Assembly: GCA_964429015.1 (NCBI GenBank)
Contig: CAYSAM010000003.1
Location: 6,378 to 70,377 of the forward strand
Length of the DNA: 64,000 nucleotides
Reading direction: 5' to 3'
From: an uncultured Pseudomonadales bacterium
GTDB lineage: Bacteria > Patescibacteriota > Microgenomatia > UBA1400 > MFAQ01
A program made the translations under genes and the position numbers. How positions within the stretch are numbered: the stretch's first letter is position 1; every line of letters begins with the position of its first letter. A model generated the notes under the pieces. That model saw only the letters and a program-made list of their open reading frames with translations. It made no database searches and was not told the origin of the DNA. Below are positions 9,239 through 18,343 of the stretch, in pieces.

Positions 9239-9622
9239 ATGGATGAAAACGACGAAAAGAATCCACTAGAGGACCTAATACACATTATTCAAATTTTAAT
9301 GGAAGAGCCAGACAAGCTAGAAAAACTCAAAAAAATGGGGGCCAAAATCACCAGAGATTTTTTTGTGTTTACCTGTTTAGGCGGGTGTGGTTTGGTTTAT
9401 GCCATAAACGGAATTTCTGGTGAAGTTTATGACCTCAATGATCTAGAAAGCACACCAGAAACCGGAAGAGTAATAACAGACTCAGAGGAGATTGCATGCA
9501 TTATCGAAAGCCTTCTTGAGTTTGTTGAAGATACCCCAGATTTGTATGTGGTTGAAGAGTTTTTTATGGAACGCCTAAACCCCAAAAAATACATCCCTGG
9601 AAGTTGCTTTTCACCTTGCTAG
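9239..9622 (+). CDS. Hypothetical acidic protein, paralog of 8567-9229
   Basis: YAINGISGEVYDL..P.TGR and C-terminal PKKYIPGSCF versus PSHYLPGQLF. Confidence 0.8.
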   Translation: MDENDEKNPLEDLIHIIQILMEEPDKLEKLKKMGAKITRDFFVFTCLGGCGLVYAINGISGEVYDLNDLESTPETGRVITDSEEIACIIESLLEFVEDTPDLYVVEEFFMERLNPKKYIPGSCFSPC

Positions 9623-9633
9623 CTTTTGATCAC

Positions 9634-9658
9634 AGACCCGCTTCTTAGCGGGTTTTTT
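9634..9658 (+). terminator. Intrinsic terminator
   Basis: acccgct-tctt-agcgggt followed by T tract. Confidence 0.8.
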
Positions 9659-9703
9659 AACGGACTCTTTCAAAAATCTCAAAAACTGTTAATATAAAAA
9701 TAT

Positions 9704-10720
9704 ATGGCAAGTGAAAATGAAGAATATTCCACACGACGAACAGTAGCCCCTCATGCCCCATCAAGGCAACCAAGGCGTGATTTTAAGAGTAGTTATCAAG
9801 ATGACGTTTACAATCCCTATTCTAATGTAAACTTAGGTGAGATTTCAGAAGTAAACCGAAAACCCAAAAAAGGCAGAATCAGAAGAAATGAACTAACCCC
9901 AACTGAAATTAATAATCTTTCAGAAGCAGACAAAAAAGCTAGAGAAAAATACCTAGCTGGCAATCTTGAGGAAATAAAACAATTATCATATGTTGAAACT
10001 AAGGGGAATTTTGGTAAGGTTGGTGAGGCACACACTGATGGTAAGCCTCCAGTTACTGAAGAGCGGGACGAAAAAATTACTGGTTTTAGCGTTGTTCAAT
10101 TAGAAAAAGAAGGAGATGTTTTAAGAGGTGATGAACAACGCATAGAAGGTATTGATAGTGGAAAATTGGGAACTGGAAAAAATCCAGATCAAGCAGATAT
10201 TGTCTACACCGAAAACGATCATCTTTTACCCATTAGTGACCGCGTGCAAAGTTTTGGTGATAGTCCGTTGCCTTTAGAAGATCAACATGCCGATAACGAT
10301 TATGAATTTGCAAAAAACGAAGACAGATTGATTGAGCCTGTTGATGCTACTCGAATAGAAGGTGATATTAACGTTGACTTTAACTTGGAATCAGTTTCAG
10401 ATAAAGTGGTACGTGAATTCTTAATTAAAAAAGGGTTAAGCTTTGTTGAAAATGTTTGGGAAAATTGCCGCTTTATTAATATATATTCAAAAAAAGATAG
10501 TTTTGATTTATACATAAATTTAAATGCTTATGGCAAAGGTTTTGTAGCTATGAAATTGGTTGACTTCTTTAATATGTGCAATTTGCCAGATTTTAATAAT
10601 GGTAATTCTCATTTGAAATCACCTGCGACCTTTGATAAAAAAGAAATATTGTCTACAATTAACAGAATTAAAGTTAACAATCGAGCAAATGGTGCCATAA
10701 AAAAATCAAGGCGCCATTGA
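9704..10720 (+). CDS. Hypothetical protein, charged/disordered N-terminal two-thirds
   Basis: 338-aa ORF, no recognised motif. Confidence 0.7.
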   Translation: MASENEEYSTRRTVAPHAPSRQPRRDFKSSYQDDVYNPYSNVNLGEISEVNRKPKKGRIRRNELTPTEINNLSEADKKAREKYLAGNLEEIKQLSYVETKGNFGKVGEAHTDGKPPVTEERDEKITGFSVVQLEKEGDVLRGDEQRIEGIDSGKLGTGKNPDQADIVYTENDHLLPISDRVQSFGDSPLPLEDQHADNDYEFAKNEDRLIEPVDATRIEGDINVDFNLESVSDKVVREFLIKKGLSFVENVWENCRFINIYSKKDSFDLYINLNAYGKGFVAMKLVDFFNMCNLPDFNNGNSHLKSPATFDKKEILSTINRIKVNNRANGAIKKSRRH

Positions 10721-10808
10721 CAAGATAAAAGTTAATTAGACGATCGTATATGGTTGTTGTATAAGCGTTACACTTTTTATCTCCTTGATATAGAATAGTA
10801 CTCACTCT

Positions 10809-12092
10809 ATGGAAAATATTTTTGCTCCACTGCGAGCCTTGTTTAAAATCAAAGATCTTCGTTCTCGTCTTATCTTTACTGCCGTCATCATTGCCATCTT
10901 TCGCTTTGTGGCTCATATTCCTACCCCAGGTATTAATGTCGCTGCACTACAACAACTTTTTGGTGGCAATGCCTTTCTCTCGCTACTAGACGTTTTTTCA
11001 GGTGGTACTCTTACCAATTTTTCCGTCATGGCTCTAGGGCTAAACCCCTACATCAACGCTTCTATAATTATTCAAATGCTTGGCATGGTCGTTCCCAAAC
11101 TCGAAGAACTTCAAAAAGAGGGGGACTATGGTCGCCAAAAATTAAACCAATACACCAGGCTACTTACCTTACCACTAAGCTTTTTGCAAGGTATTGCTCT
11201 CATAATGCTTTTAGCTAAGCAAGGTCTAACCACTACCGCCGACCCTCTCAAACTCGCCGCTATTATTTTTACTCTCTCCGCCGGCACCTCTTTTCTTATT
11301 TGGCTTGGTGAACAATTAAATGACTACGGTTTGGGAAATGGTATTAGTATGATTATTTTTGTTGGTATTGTTAGTCGTTTGCCAGTTAGTGCTGCTCAAG
11401 TTTTTTCCACTATCGACCCTTCCCAATACTTTACCTACCTAATTTTTCTTTTCTTTGCTGTCGTTGCCATTTATGCCATCATTCGTACAGGTGAGGCTGT
11501 CCGCGAGGTGCCAATTCAGTCCGCGCGCCGAGGTGCCAATACTTTTACCACCTCAGTTTCCAACCACCTACCTCTCAAATTAAATCAGGCAGGTGTCATC
11601 CCAATCATCTTTGCTGTTTCGTTTATGTTAATTCCCAATCTCTTAAGTCGTGTTTTAGCGGGTGTCAATCAGCCAAGTTTAGCCAGTTTTGCAAGTAATC
11701 TTAGTATCGCCCTAGCTCCAAATACTTTTTTGTATAACAGTATTTACTTTTGTTTAGTTGTTGCTTTCTGTTACTTTTATACTGCCGTTGTTTTTAATCC
11801 CGAAAAAATTGCCAAAGATCTTCGCACTTCAGGTTCTTTTGTTCCGGGCATAAGACCAGGTCAAAATACTGTTGAATATCTAAACTTTGTTCTCAATCGT
11901 ATTACCTTGGTTGGTGCCAGCTTCTTAGGATTAGTTGCCATTTTCCCCTCTATTATTTCTGGAATTACAGGTATAAGTTCTATCGCCATTGGAGGTACCG
12001 GCATTCTTATCGTTGTTTCCGTGGTTCTCGAAATTCTCAAAGCCGTCAACTCCCAGCTCTACATGTACAACTACGACAAATTTTTAGATTAA
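10809..12092 (+). CDS. secY: Preprotein translocase SecY
   Basis: [36 protein letters not shown]; about 10 TM helices. Confidence 0.98.
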   Translation: MENIFAPLRALFKIKDLRSRLIFTAVIIAIFRFVAHIPTPGINVAALQQLFGGNAFLSLLDVFSGGTLTNFSVMALGLNPYINASIIIQMLGMVVPKLEELQKEGDYGRQKLNQYTRLLTLPLSFLQGIALIMLLAKQGLTTTADPLKLAAIIFTLSAGTSFLIWLGEQLNDYGLGNGISMIIFVGIVSRLPVSAAQVFSTIDPSQYFTYLIFLFFAVVAIYAIIRTGEAVREVPIQSARRGANTFTTSVSNHLPLKLNQAGVIPIIFAVSFMLIPNLLSRVLAGVNQPSLASFASNLSIALAPNTFLYNSIYFCLVVAFCYFYTAVVFNPEKIAKDLRTSGSFVPGIRPGQNTVEYLNFVLNRITLVGASFLGLVAIFPSIISGITGISSIAIGGTGILIVVSVVLEILKAVNSQLYMYNYDKFLD

Positions 12093-12157
12093 AATCATTG
12101 TCATTGCGAGGCACGTCTTTATGACAGCCGCAAAAATCTATATAAATTGAATACAAA

Positions 12158-12541
12158 ATGAAAACCATTTTAGTCGACGCTGCTGGAACACTTGTCGTCG
12201 ATGGTCAGGGAATATATCAGCCTCTTTATGACCTACTGGAAGAGTACCTAAACAAAAAGATTATTTTGTCCAATGCCAACGACGAACAATTGGTTGACTA
12301 TGGCATCGTTAACATGCCATATGAAGTCTTTACCTTAAAACACAATCCCAACAAAGACAATCCTGAGTATTTTAAAACAATGTTGAACCATTTTGGCTTA
12401 TCCGTTTCGGATGTCATTTATTTTGAGCATAGCCCCGAGGCTGTCGAAAGTGCCACTTCTCTAGGTATACTTTCTCATCACTACGACTCGGATAAAAAAG
12501 ATATTGAAAGTCTAAAAGTATTTCTAGATAAAAACCTTTAG
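12158..12541 (+). CDS. HAD-superfamily-like hydrolase
   Basis: ILVDAAGTLV (DxxGT-like), LSNA, K.NPEYF, IYFEH. Confidence 0.6.
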   Translation: MKTILVDAAGTLVVDGQGIYQPLYDLLEEYLNKKIILSNANDEQLVDYGIVNMPYEVFTLKHNPNKDNPEYFKTMLNHFGLSVSDVIYFEHSPEAVESATSLGILSHHYDSDKKDIESLKVFLDKNL

Positions 12542-12544
12542 TTT

Positions 12545-12964
12545 TTAATCCCTCTCGGCTTCGCCGCTTCTCCCTTTGACAAGGGAGAGCAAAACACTTT
12601 TAACTTTTCCAAAATCTTTCAATACAGTCTCGTTTGTAAATCTGATAGTTTCAATTCCAATTTGTTTCAAAAATTCATCACGCTCCTTGTCGTAACCTAC
12701 TCTATCTTTGTGATACTCTCCATCAATTTCAATAGCCAAGTTTAATTCAGAACAATAAAAATCCAAAATAAATCTTCCAATCGGTTTCTGTCTGGTAAAT
12801 TTATATCCTGTCTGTTTTTTAGATAGTATCTTCTCCCAAACTAACACTTCTGCTTTTGTTGGTTTCTTTCTGTTAATTCTTGCTGCCCAGGTTAACTTTG
12901 GTAAATACTTTATTTGCCCATGTGTTTTGCTAATAACTTCAAAATCAATAGCTTTTTTCGTCAC
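12545..12964 (-). CDS. DUF559 / Vsr-like endonuclease
   Basis: T.AE..VW...KFTRQKPIGRFILDFYC..LAIEIDGEYH...RD..L...GIETIRF. Confidence 0.9.
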   Translation of the reverse strand: MTKKAIDFEVISKTHGQIKYLPKLTWAARINRKKPTKAEVLVWEKILSKKQTGYKFTRQKPIGRFILDFYCSELNLAIEIDGEYHKDRVGYDKERDEFLKQIGIETIRFTNETVLKDFGKVKSVLLSLVKGRSGEAERD

Positions 12965-12973
12965 AAATAATTG

Positions 12974-13123
12974 TAACGCCCTGCCCTGTCAAGGGAAGGG
13001 TTGGGGAAGGGTTTAAAAAGTGAGGGGGATTAAAAACATTAAGGCTTTATTCTGGATTCCGGATCAAGTCCGGAATGACAACTAACGCCCTGCCCTGTCA
13101 AGGGAAGGGTTGGGGAAGGGTTT
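12974..13123. repeat. Perfect 41-bp direct repeat flanking a GTCATTCCGG palindrome
   Basis: taacgccctgccctgtcaagggaagggttggggaagggttt at 12974-13014 and 13083-13123; ctggattccggatcaagtccggaatgaca at 13052-13080. Confidence 0.9.
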
Positions 13124-13140
13124 TGGTATAAAATAAATCC

Positions 13141-13704
13141 ATGAACCTAATCATTCTCGGTGCCCCCGGTTCCGGAAAAGGCACCCAAGCCGAAAAAATC
13201 GCCAAAGAATTTAATCTTGCCCACATTTCAGGCGGAGAGTCACTGCGCAAAGAAATAGCCAGTGGGTCAAGAAAAGGCGAACTAATTGCCCACATTATGG
13301 AAAAGGGGGACTTAGTCCCGTTTGAAACAATCTCTTCCGTTATTGAACCAGAAATTCTAGAGAATAAAGACAATTTTATTTTGGATGGTAGTCCCAGAGA
13401 TCTGGTCCAGGCCGAATATCTAAATGCTTTTTTTGCCGAAAACAAAATCAACATCGACTTTGTAATATACCTCCATGTTCCAGACGAAAAACTCATCGAT
13501 AGACTTTTGCTTCGTGCCAAAACCGAAAACCGTGTCGATGATAATTTAGAATCTATTCAAGAGAGATTCAAAGTATTCCACCAAAATACCGAACCTGTCA
13601 TCGCCTTTTACCAAAAAAATTCTCACTTTCTCAAAATAGATGGTGATCGCAGTATCGAAGACATAGCCAAAGAACTCAGTAATATAATAGGACAAAGTAC
13701 ATGA
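13141..13704 (+). CDS. adk: Adenylate kinase (short LID)
   Basis: GAPGSGKGTQ, ILDGSPR, R.DD. Confidence 0.95.
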   Translation: MNLIILGAPGSGKGTQAEKIAKEFNLAHISGGESLRKEIASGSRKGELIAHIMEKGDLVPFETISSVIEPEILENKDNFILDGSPRDLVQAEYLNAFFAENKINIDFVIYLHVPDEKLIDRLLLRAKTENRVDDNLESIQERFKVFHQNTEPVIAFYQKNSHFLKIDGDRSIEDIAKELSNIIGQST

Positions 13705-14438
13705 GTTCAAAAACCCAAATCATGATCGAAGGCGGCAAACGCCTAGGTCACATCAAATTCCAATTAGCCGAAGCGGTCAAAGCAGGAGTCACCCCACTAG
13801 AGGTCGATGCTCTTGCCGATAAGCTCATCAAGGCAGGAGGAGATAAAGCTAACTTCAAAATGGTCGATGGCTATCGCTTTGCTACTTGTATTAATGTCAA
13901 CGCTGGAATTGTTCATGGTATTCCTACCAACAAACCCTTTCAAGAGGGTGATGTTGTTAAGGTCGATGTTGGTTTATTCCACAACGGTTTCCACTTAGAT
14001 ACTTCCAATACTATCTACATTCCACCCCAAAACGCCAAAGTAAATAATTTTTTAGAAGTCAGTCGTAAGGCCTTAGAGCTGGCCATTTTTACCGCTACCG
14101 CTGGCAACAGTGTTTACGATCTCGGTGTGGCCATGCAAACTACTGTAGAGGCTGGTGGTTATAGCGTCATTCGAGATCTTACTGGCCATGGCATCGGTCG
14201 TCAGCTCCACATGAATCCTTTTATTCCCTGTTATGCCGAACCAAAAACCAAGCGAGATATTTTAAGTATCGATCAGACTATTGCTGTAGAGATTATGTCA
14301 GCTATGGGAGACTACCACCTAGTAGAAGAGTCCGATGGTTGGACTCTATCCACCCAAGATGGCTCCATTACTGCTATGTACGAGGAAACCATCTGTATTA
14401 CTGACGGCCAGCCCCTCATTCTCACCGCCATAAACTAG
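13701..14438 (+). CDS. map: Methionine aminopeptidase type I
   Basis: VHGIP, KVDVG..FHLD, GHGIG..LH, YEET. Confidence 0.95.
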   Translation: MSSKTQIMIEGGKRLGHIKFQLAEAVKAGVTPLEVDALADKLIKAGGDKANFKMVDGYRFATCINVNAGIVHGIPTNKPFQEGDVVKVDVGLFHNGFHLDTSNTIYIPPQNAKVNNFLEVSRKALELAIFTATAGNSVYDLGVAMQTTVEAGGYSVIRDLTGHGIGRQLHMNPFIPCYAEPKTKRDILSIDQTIAVEIMSAMGDYHLVEESDGWTLSTQDGSITAMYEETICITDGQPLILTAIN

Positions 14439-14512
14439 CTCTTTCTTGGTAGTTTGGTGGTCTATAATACCCACATCACCGCAGTTTAAATTTGTATAAA
14501 TTAGGAGTCAAT

Positions 14513-14953
14513 ATGAAAACCTTGTTGTTAGTCCATGATCAAGATTTCCTTTCCACTGCCAGCGCGCTCTGTTACATGCTCACAGCTTCTGGCTTTAGGG
14601 TTGTTTTAAGCTCAGATCTTTTTGCTGGAAGCCTCAAATCAGAAGCCTACAACGATCTCGACAAGATTTTTACCAATACCGCGGCGTTTTTAGTTTTACC
14701 CAGCCCAAATCTCTTTAAAAATGATTTTCTCCTCGGAATTGTTCACGATGCGGTTGGCGAACGCAAGGCTATTCTCCTTTCCTTATCATCTGTCACAAAT
14801 CTGCCTCCGTGGTATACAAATCCCATTGTTATCGACAATCCAGGAGATACCTCACAAGGGCTAAATCAGCTGATAACAAGGTTAAATTTGTTTGTTATGA
14901 ATCAGCCGCCTATTATTACTCCAGACATCATAAGTCTAAGAAGAATCAACTAA
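14513..14953 (+). CDS. Degenerate TIR-like domain protein
   Basis: SD AGGAG; pattern A..L...L...GFRV....AG....I....AFLVLPSP....A....K.IL....LP....ID resembles TIR_2. Confidence 0.55.
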   Translation: MKTLLLVHDQDFLSTASALCYMLTASGFRVVLSSDLFAGSLKSEAYNDLDKIFTNTAAFLVLPSPNLFKNDFLLGIVHDAVGERKAILLSLSSVTNLPPWYTNPIVIDNPGDTSQGLNQLITRLNLFVMNQPPIITPDIISLRRIN

Positions 14954-14964
14954 ACCGTTCAGTT

Positions 14965-14986
14965 GCCCTCCCTTGAGGGCTTTTTT
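14965..14986 (+). terminator. Intrinsic terminator
   Basis: gccctc-cctt-gagggc followed by tttttt. Confidence 0.8.
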
Positions 14987-15078
14987 GTATTCATTTTACC
15001 AGTGATATATGTGTCCCAAACTAGCCACTAGCCAAACCTAGGATTGTTTGCTACAATAGCCGTTGCACACAAAATATT

Positions 15079-15297
15079 ATGGCTAAAAACCAAATGACTG
15101 AGTTAAACGGAGTCGTTTCCGAGTGTCTGCCCAACACCCAATTTAGGGTAACACTAGAAGACGGCAGGGAAATCTTAGCTCATCTTGCCGGACGTATGAG
15201 GCTTCACCGCATTCGCGTCATGCCTGGGGACAAAGTTAAGCTCGAAATGAGCCAATACGACCTCGACAAAGGTAGGATAATCTACAGATCAAACTAA
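15079..15297 (+). CDS. infA: Translation initiation factor IF-1
   Basis: LPNTQFRV.L...[18 protein letters not shown]. Confidence 0.97.
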   Translation: MAKNQMTELNGVVSECLPNTQFRVTLEDGREILAHLAGRMRLHRIRVMPGDKVKLEMSQYDLDKGRIIYRSN

Positions 15298-15344
15298 TTT
15301 CGTTTATCTCTTAAAAAAATTATTTATCACTAAACAAAAATCTA

Positions 15345-15458
15345 ATGCGAGTTCAATCGTCTGTCAGACCTCGATGTAAAAATTGTAAAATTATTAAACG
15401 CCATGGTAAGGTGTTGGTTATTTGCACCAACGCACGTCATAAGCAACGCCAAGGCTAA
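15345..15458 (+). CDS. rpmJ: 50S ribosomal protein L36 (not in ORF track)
   Basis: Manual translation [37 protein letters not shown]. Confidence 0.96.
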   Translation: MRVQSSVRPRCKNCKIIKRHGKVLVICTNARHKQRQG

Positions 15459-15497
15459 AGTTAAATTTAAAATTTAAACTCAAAAAAATAAACAAAT

Positions 15498-15899
15498 ATG
15501 CCTAGAATTTCCGGAATCGATATCCCAAATGAAAAAAGAATAGACGTTGCTCTTACCTATATCTATGGTATCGGTGAAAAAGTTGCTCACGACATTCTCA
15601 AAACAGCCAAAGTTGATCCTAGTATCCGTACCAAAAATCTAACTGCCGACGAGCTCAGACTTATCCAAACCACCATCGAAACTCTCCCCACCGAAGGTGA
15701 GCTCAGAAAAATCGTTCGCGACAACATCGAAACTCTTAAGCGTATTCAGGCCTACCGCGGTACCAGACACTCCATGGGTCTACCTGTAAGAGGTCAAAGA
15801 ACCAAAACCAATGCTCGCACTCGCAAGGGTAAGAGAAAAACCATTGGTGCCGTTAGTAAAGAAGCCGAAGCCGCCAAGGCAGCAGCTACCAAGAAGTAA
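15498..15899 (+). CDS. rpsM: 30S ribosomal protein S13
   Basis: LTYIYGIG; YRGTRH..GLPVRGQRTKTNARTRKG. Confidence 0.98.
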   Translation: MPRISGIDIPNEKRIDVALTYIYGIGEKVAHDILKTAKVDPSIRTKNLTADELRLIQTTIETLPTEGELRKIVRDNIETLKRIQAYRGTRHSMGLPVRGQRTKTNARTRKGKRKTIGAVSKEAEAAKAAATKK

Positions 15900-15915
15900 T
15901 TAATTTATTCACAAA

Positions 15916-16329
15916 ATGGCAGATAACAAAACCAAATCAAAGACTCAAGTCAAAGTTAAAAAAGCTTCTGGTGTTAGCTTCAAAAGCGGCCAAGGCAAAA
16001 TGTATGTCAAAGCTACATTTAATACTACTTATGTCACCTTTACCGACGCTTCTGGCAACACTCTATGTTGGAGTGCCGCGGGCACTTGCGGATTCAAAGG
16101 CGCCAAACGTTCCACTCCTTTTGCTGCAACTACTATTATCGAAGAAGGTCTCCGTAAAGCAAAATCTATGGGACTTATGTCTGCAGATGTCTACCTCAAA
16201 GGTCCTGGCCCAGGCAAAGATGCTGCTCTTCGTGTGTTAAAAACCTCTGGAATCGAAATTAATACCTTGGCTGACACTACTCCAATCCCTCACAATGGCT
16301 GCCGACCAAGAAAACACCGACGTGTTTAA
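15916..16329 (+). CDS. rpsK: 30S ribosomal protein S11
   Basis: GFKGAKRSTPFAA; KGPGPG; TPIPHNGCRP. Confidence 0.98.
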   Translation: MADNKTKSKTQVKVKKASGVSFKSGQGKMYVKATFNTTYVTFTDASGNTLCWSAAGTCGFKGAKRSTPFAATTIIEEGLRKAKSMGLMSADVYLKGPGPGKDAALRVLKTSGIEINTLADTTPIPHNGCRPRKHRRV

Positions 16330-16363
16330 ACTAACAACCTATAACTAAAAACCAAGAATAAAT

Positions 16364-16987
16364 ATGGCAAAATATACCGACCCCAAATGCAGACTATGTA
16401 GAAGAGAAGGCACTAAGCTTTATCTCAAAGGTGCTCGCTGTCTTTCCCCCAAATGTCCCATCGACAAAAAAGGCGCTCAAGTTCCAGGTCAACACGGCAA
16501 AAAAAGAGCTCGTGGTCGATTATCTGGATTTGGTTTACAGCTAAGAGAAAAGCAAAAAGCCAAGAGAACTTACTCTGTTTTGGAATCACAGTTCCATGGT
16601 TACTACGATCAAGCTATCAAGTCCCAAGGAAACACTTCTGAAGTTCTCATGCAACTTTTAGAATCTCGCTTAGACAACATTTGTTACCGTCTTGGTTTTG
16701 TCACTTCCCGTTCTTTGGCTCGCCAACTTGTTACTCATGGCAATATTTTAGTTAACGGTAAAAAAGTCGATGTTCCTTCTTTCCAAACCAAACCAGGTAT
16801 GACTATTTCTCTTCCCGAAAAAGCCGCCAAGTTCGATTTTGTCGCACCAAATCTAAACGACAAAAACGTTCCTGCCAAATGGCTCTCTCGTAAAGGCACC
16901 GAAGGCAAAATCGACCGTATGCCTACCTCAGACGAAATTGGCTCCGAAATCAAAGCCAACCTCATTATTGAGTACTACTCTAGATAA
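16364..16987 (+). CDS. rpsD: 30S ribosomal protein S4
   Basis: CRLCRREG.KLYLKG; LESRLDN; ARQLVTHG; IIEYYSR. Confidence 0.98.
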   Translation: MAKYTDPKCRLCRREGTKLYLKGARCLSPKCPIDKKGAQVPGQHGKKRARGRLSGFGLQLREKQKAKRTYSVLESQFHGYYDQAIKSQGNTSEVLMQLLESRLDNICYRLGFVTSRSLARQLVTHGNILVNGKKVDVPSFQTKPGMTISLPEKAAKFDFVAPNLNDKNVPAKWLSRKGTEGKIDRMPTSDEIGSEIKANLIIEYYSR

Positions 16988-17018
16988 TAATTTAATAATT
17001 AACTAACAACAAAACAAC

Positions 17019-17921
17019 ATGTTAGAACCAAACTTCAAGATAAATATCAAAGATAAAGGAGACAACTCCGCCGAGGTAATTATCGAGCCACTTCCACAGA
17101 ACTTTGGACACACTGTCGGCAATGCTTTAAGACGCGTTTTATTAACTTCTCTTATTGGCGGTGCTGCTATTAGAGTCAAAATCGATGGTGTTACCCATCA
17201 ATTTTCTACCTTAGATGGTATCAAAGAAGACATTCTCGAATTTATTTTAAATCTAAAAACCCTCAACTTTTCTGTCGACTCAGATGAGCCAGTAGAGGTC
17301 AAGCTAAAAGTGTCTGGTGAAAAAACCATTACCGCAGCAGATCTCGATTTACCAGCCAACGTTGAAGTTGCCAATCCCGAAACTGTTCTACTTCACTCCA
17401 CCGCTTCCAAGAGCAAATTCAATGCTACTATCACCGTCGCTTCTGGTATGGGCTATGTTGCTGCTGAAGAACACGCTACCAACGAAGTTGGTGTCATTCC
17501 TCTAGACGCTTCTTTTTCTCCAGTAATCAAAGCCAACTATACCGTCGAAGCTGCTCGTGTAGGTCGATCCAGTAACTACGACAAAGTTCGCTTGGCTCTA
17601 ACTACCGATGGCACCACCACCCCAGAGGCCGCAGTTCGTGAGTCTGCTCGCATTCTTACCAACTTCTTTGGCTTCGTAAACTCCGAAGAGGCCTACACTC
17701 AAGATGAAAAAGTCAAAACCAGCAAAGAAACCTCAGGTTTTGTGGACGATCTCGATCTTCCAACCAGAGTCCTAAATGCTCTTCGCAAATCCGGTATCAA
17801 CAAATTATCAGACCTAAAAGCTCTTTCTCTAGCTGACCTTAAAAAAGTCAAAAACCTTGGCGAAAAATCTGCCCTCCAAGTCGTCGACAAAGCCAAAGAG
17901 AAGGGTGTAATTATTGAATAA
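17019..17921 (+). CDS. rpoA: RNA polymerase alpha subunit
   Basis: EPL...GHTVGNALRRVLL; DASFSPV; alpha-CTD with NLGEKS. Confidence 0.98.
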   Translation: MLEPNFKINIKDKGDNSAEVIIEPLPQNFGHTVGNALRRVLLTSLIGGAAIRVKIDGVTHQFSTLDGIKEDILEFILNLKTLNFSVDSDEPVEVKLKVSGEKTITAADLDLPANVEVANPETVLLHSTASKSKFNATITVASGMGYVAAEEHATNEVGVIPLDASFSPVIKANYTVEAARVGRSSNYDKVRLALTTDGTTTPEAAVRESARILTNFFGFVNSEEAYTQDEKVKTSKETSGFVDDLDLPTRVLNALRKSGINKLSDLKALSLADLKKVKNLGEKSALQVVDKAKEKGVIIE

Positions 17922-17924
17922 AAT

Positions 17925-18338
17925 ATGTCACGTCGTCATCAAGCCAAACTTGCCAAACTAAATCGTTCTTCCAAACAAAGAGCCTCTTTGTTTCGCACAC
18001 AGTTAAACCAACTTATCCAAAACGGGTCATTGGCTACTACCGTTGTCAAAGCAAAAGTGATTAAACGTCTTTTTGATCGTCTAGCTTCCAAAGCAGTCGA
18101 TGGTACTTTGTCTGATAGACGACGCATTGCTTCCACTTTGGGTCATCCCAAAAATGCAAACAAGCTTTTCGATCTTATTGTTCCTGCTATGGGCGGTCGC
18201 AAGAGTGGTTTTACCACTATCCAAAAAACTGGTGTTCGCAAAGGCGACGCTACCACCACAGCTACTCTTTCCTTTGTTATTCCCATGCCCGTGCGTCCAG
18301 AAGTAGTTAAGGAAAAGAAAATAGAAAAAACCAAATAA
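17925..18338 (+). CDS. rplQ: 50S ribosomal protein L17
   Basis: Follows rpoA; KLNRSS.QR..L, TT..KAK, R.SGFT, RKGD. Confidence 0.9.
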   Translation: MSRRHQAKLAKLNRSSKQRASLFRTQLNQLIQNGSLATTVVKAKVIKRLFDRLASKAVDGTLSDRRRIASTLGHPKNANKLFDLIVPAMGGRKSGFTTIQKTGVRKGDATTTATLSFVIPMPVRPEVVKEKKIEKTK

Positions 18339-18343
18339 ATCTT

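Noticed and set aside
4545-10720. Prophage or classical integron
   Set aside because: No integrase, structural, terminase or replication genes recognised, and no clear attC-type inverted cores.
12974-13123. CRISPR array (41-bp direct repeats)
   Set aside because: Only two copies, the 68-bp spacer is itself partly a palindromic repeat, and there are no cas genes; the 44628-44711 repeats likewise lack unique spacers.
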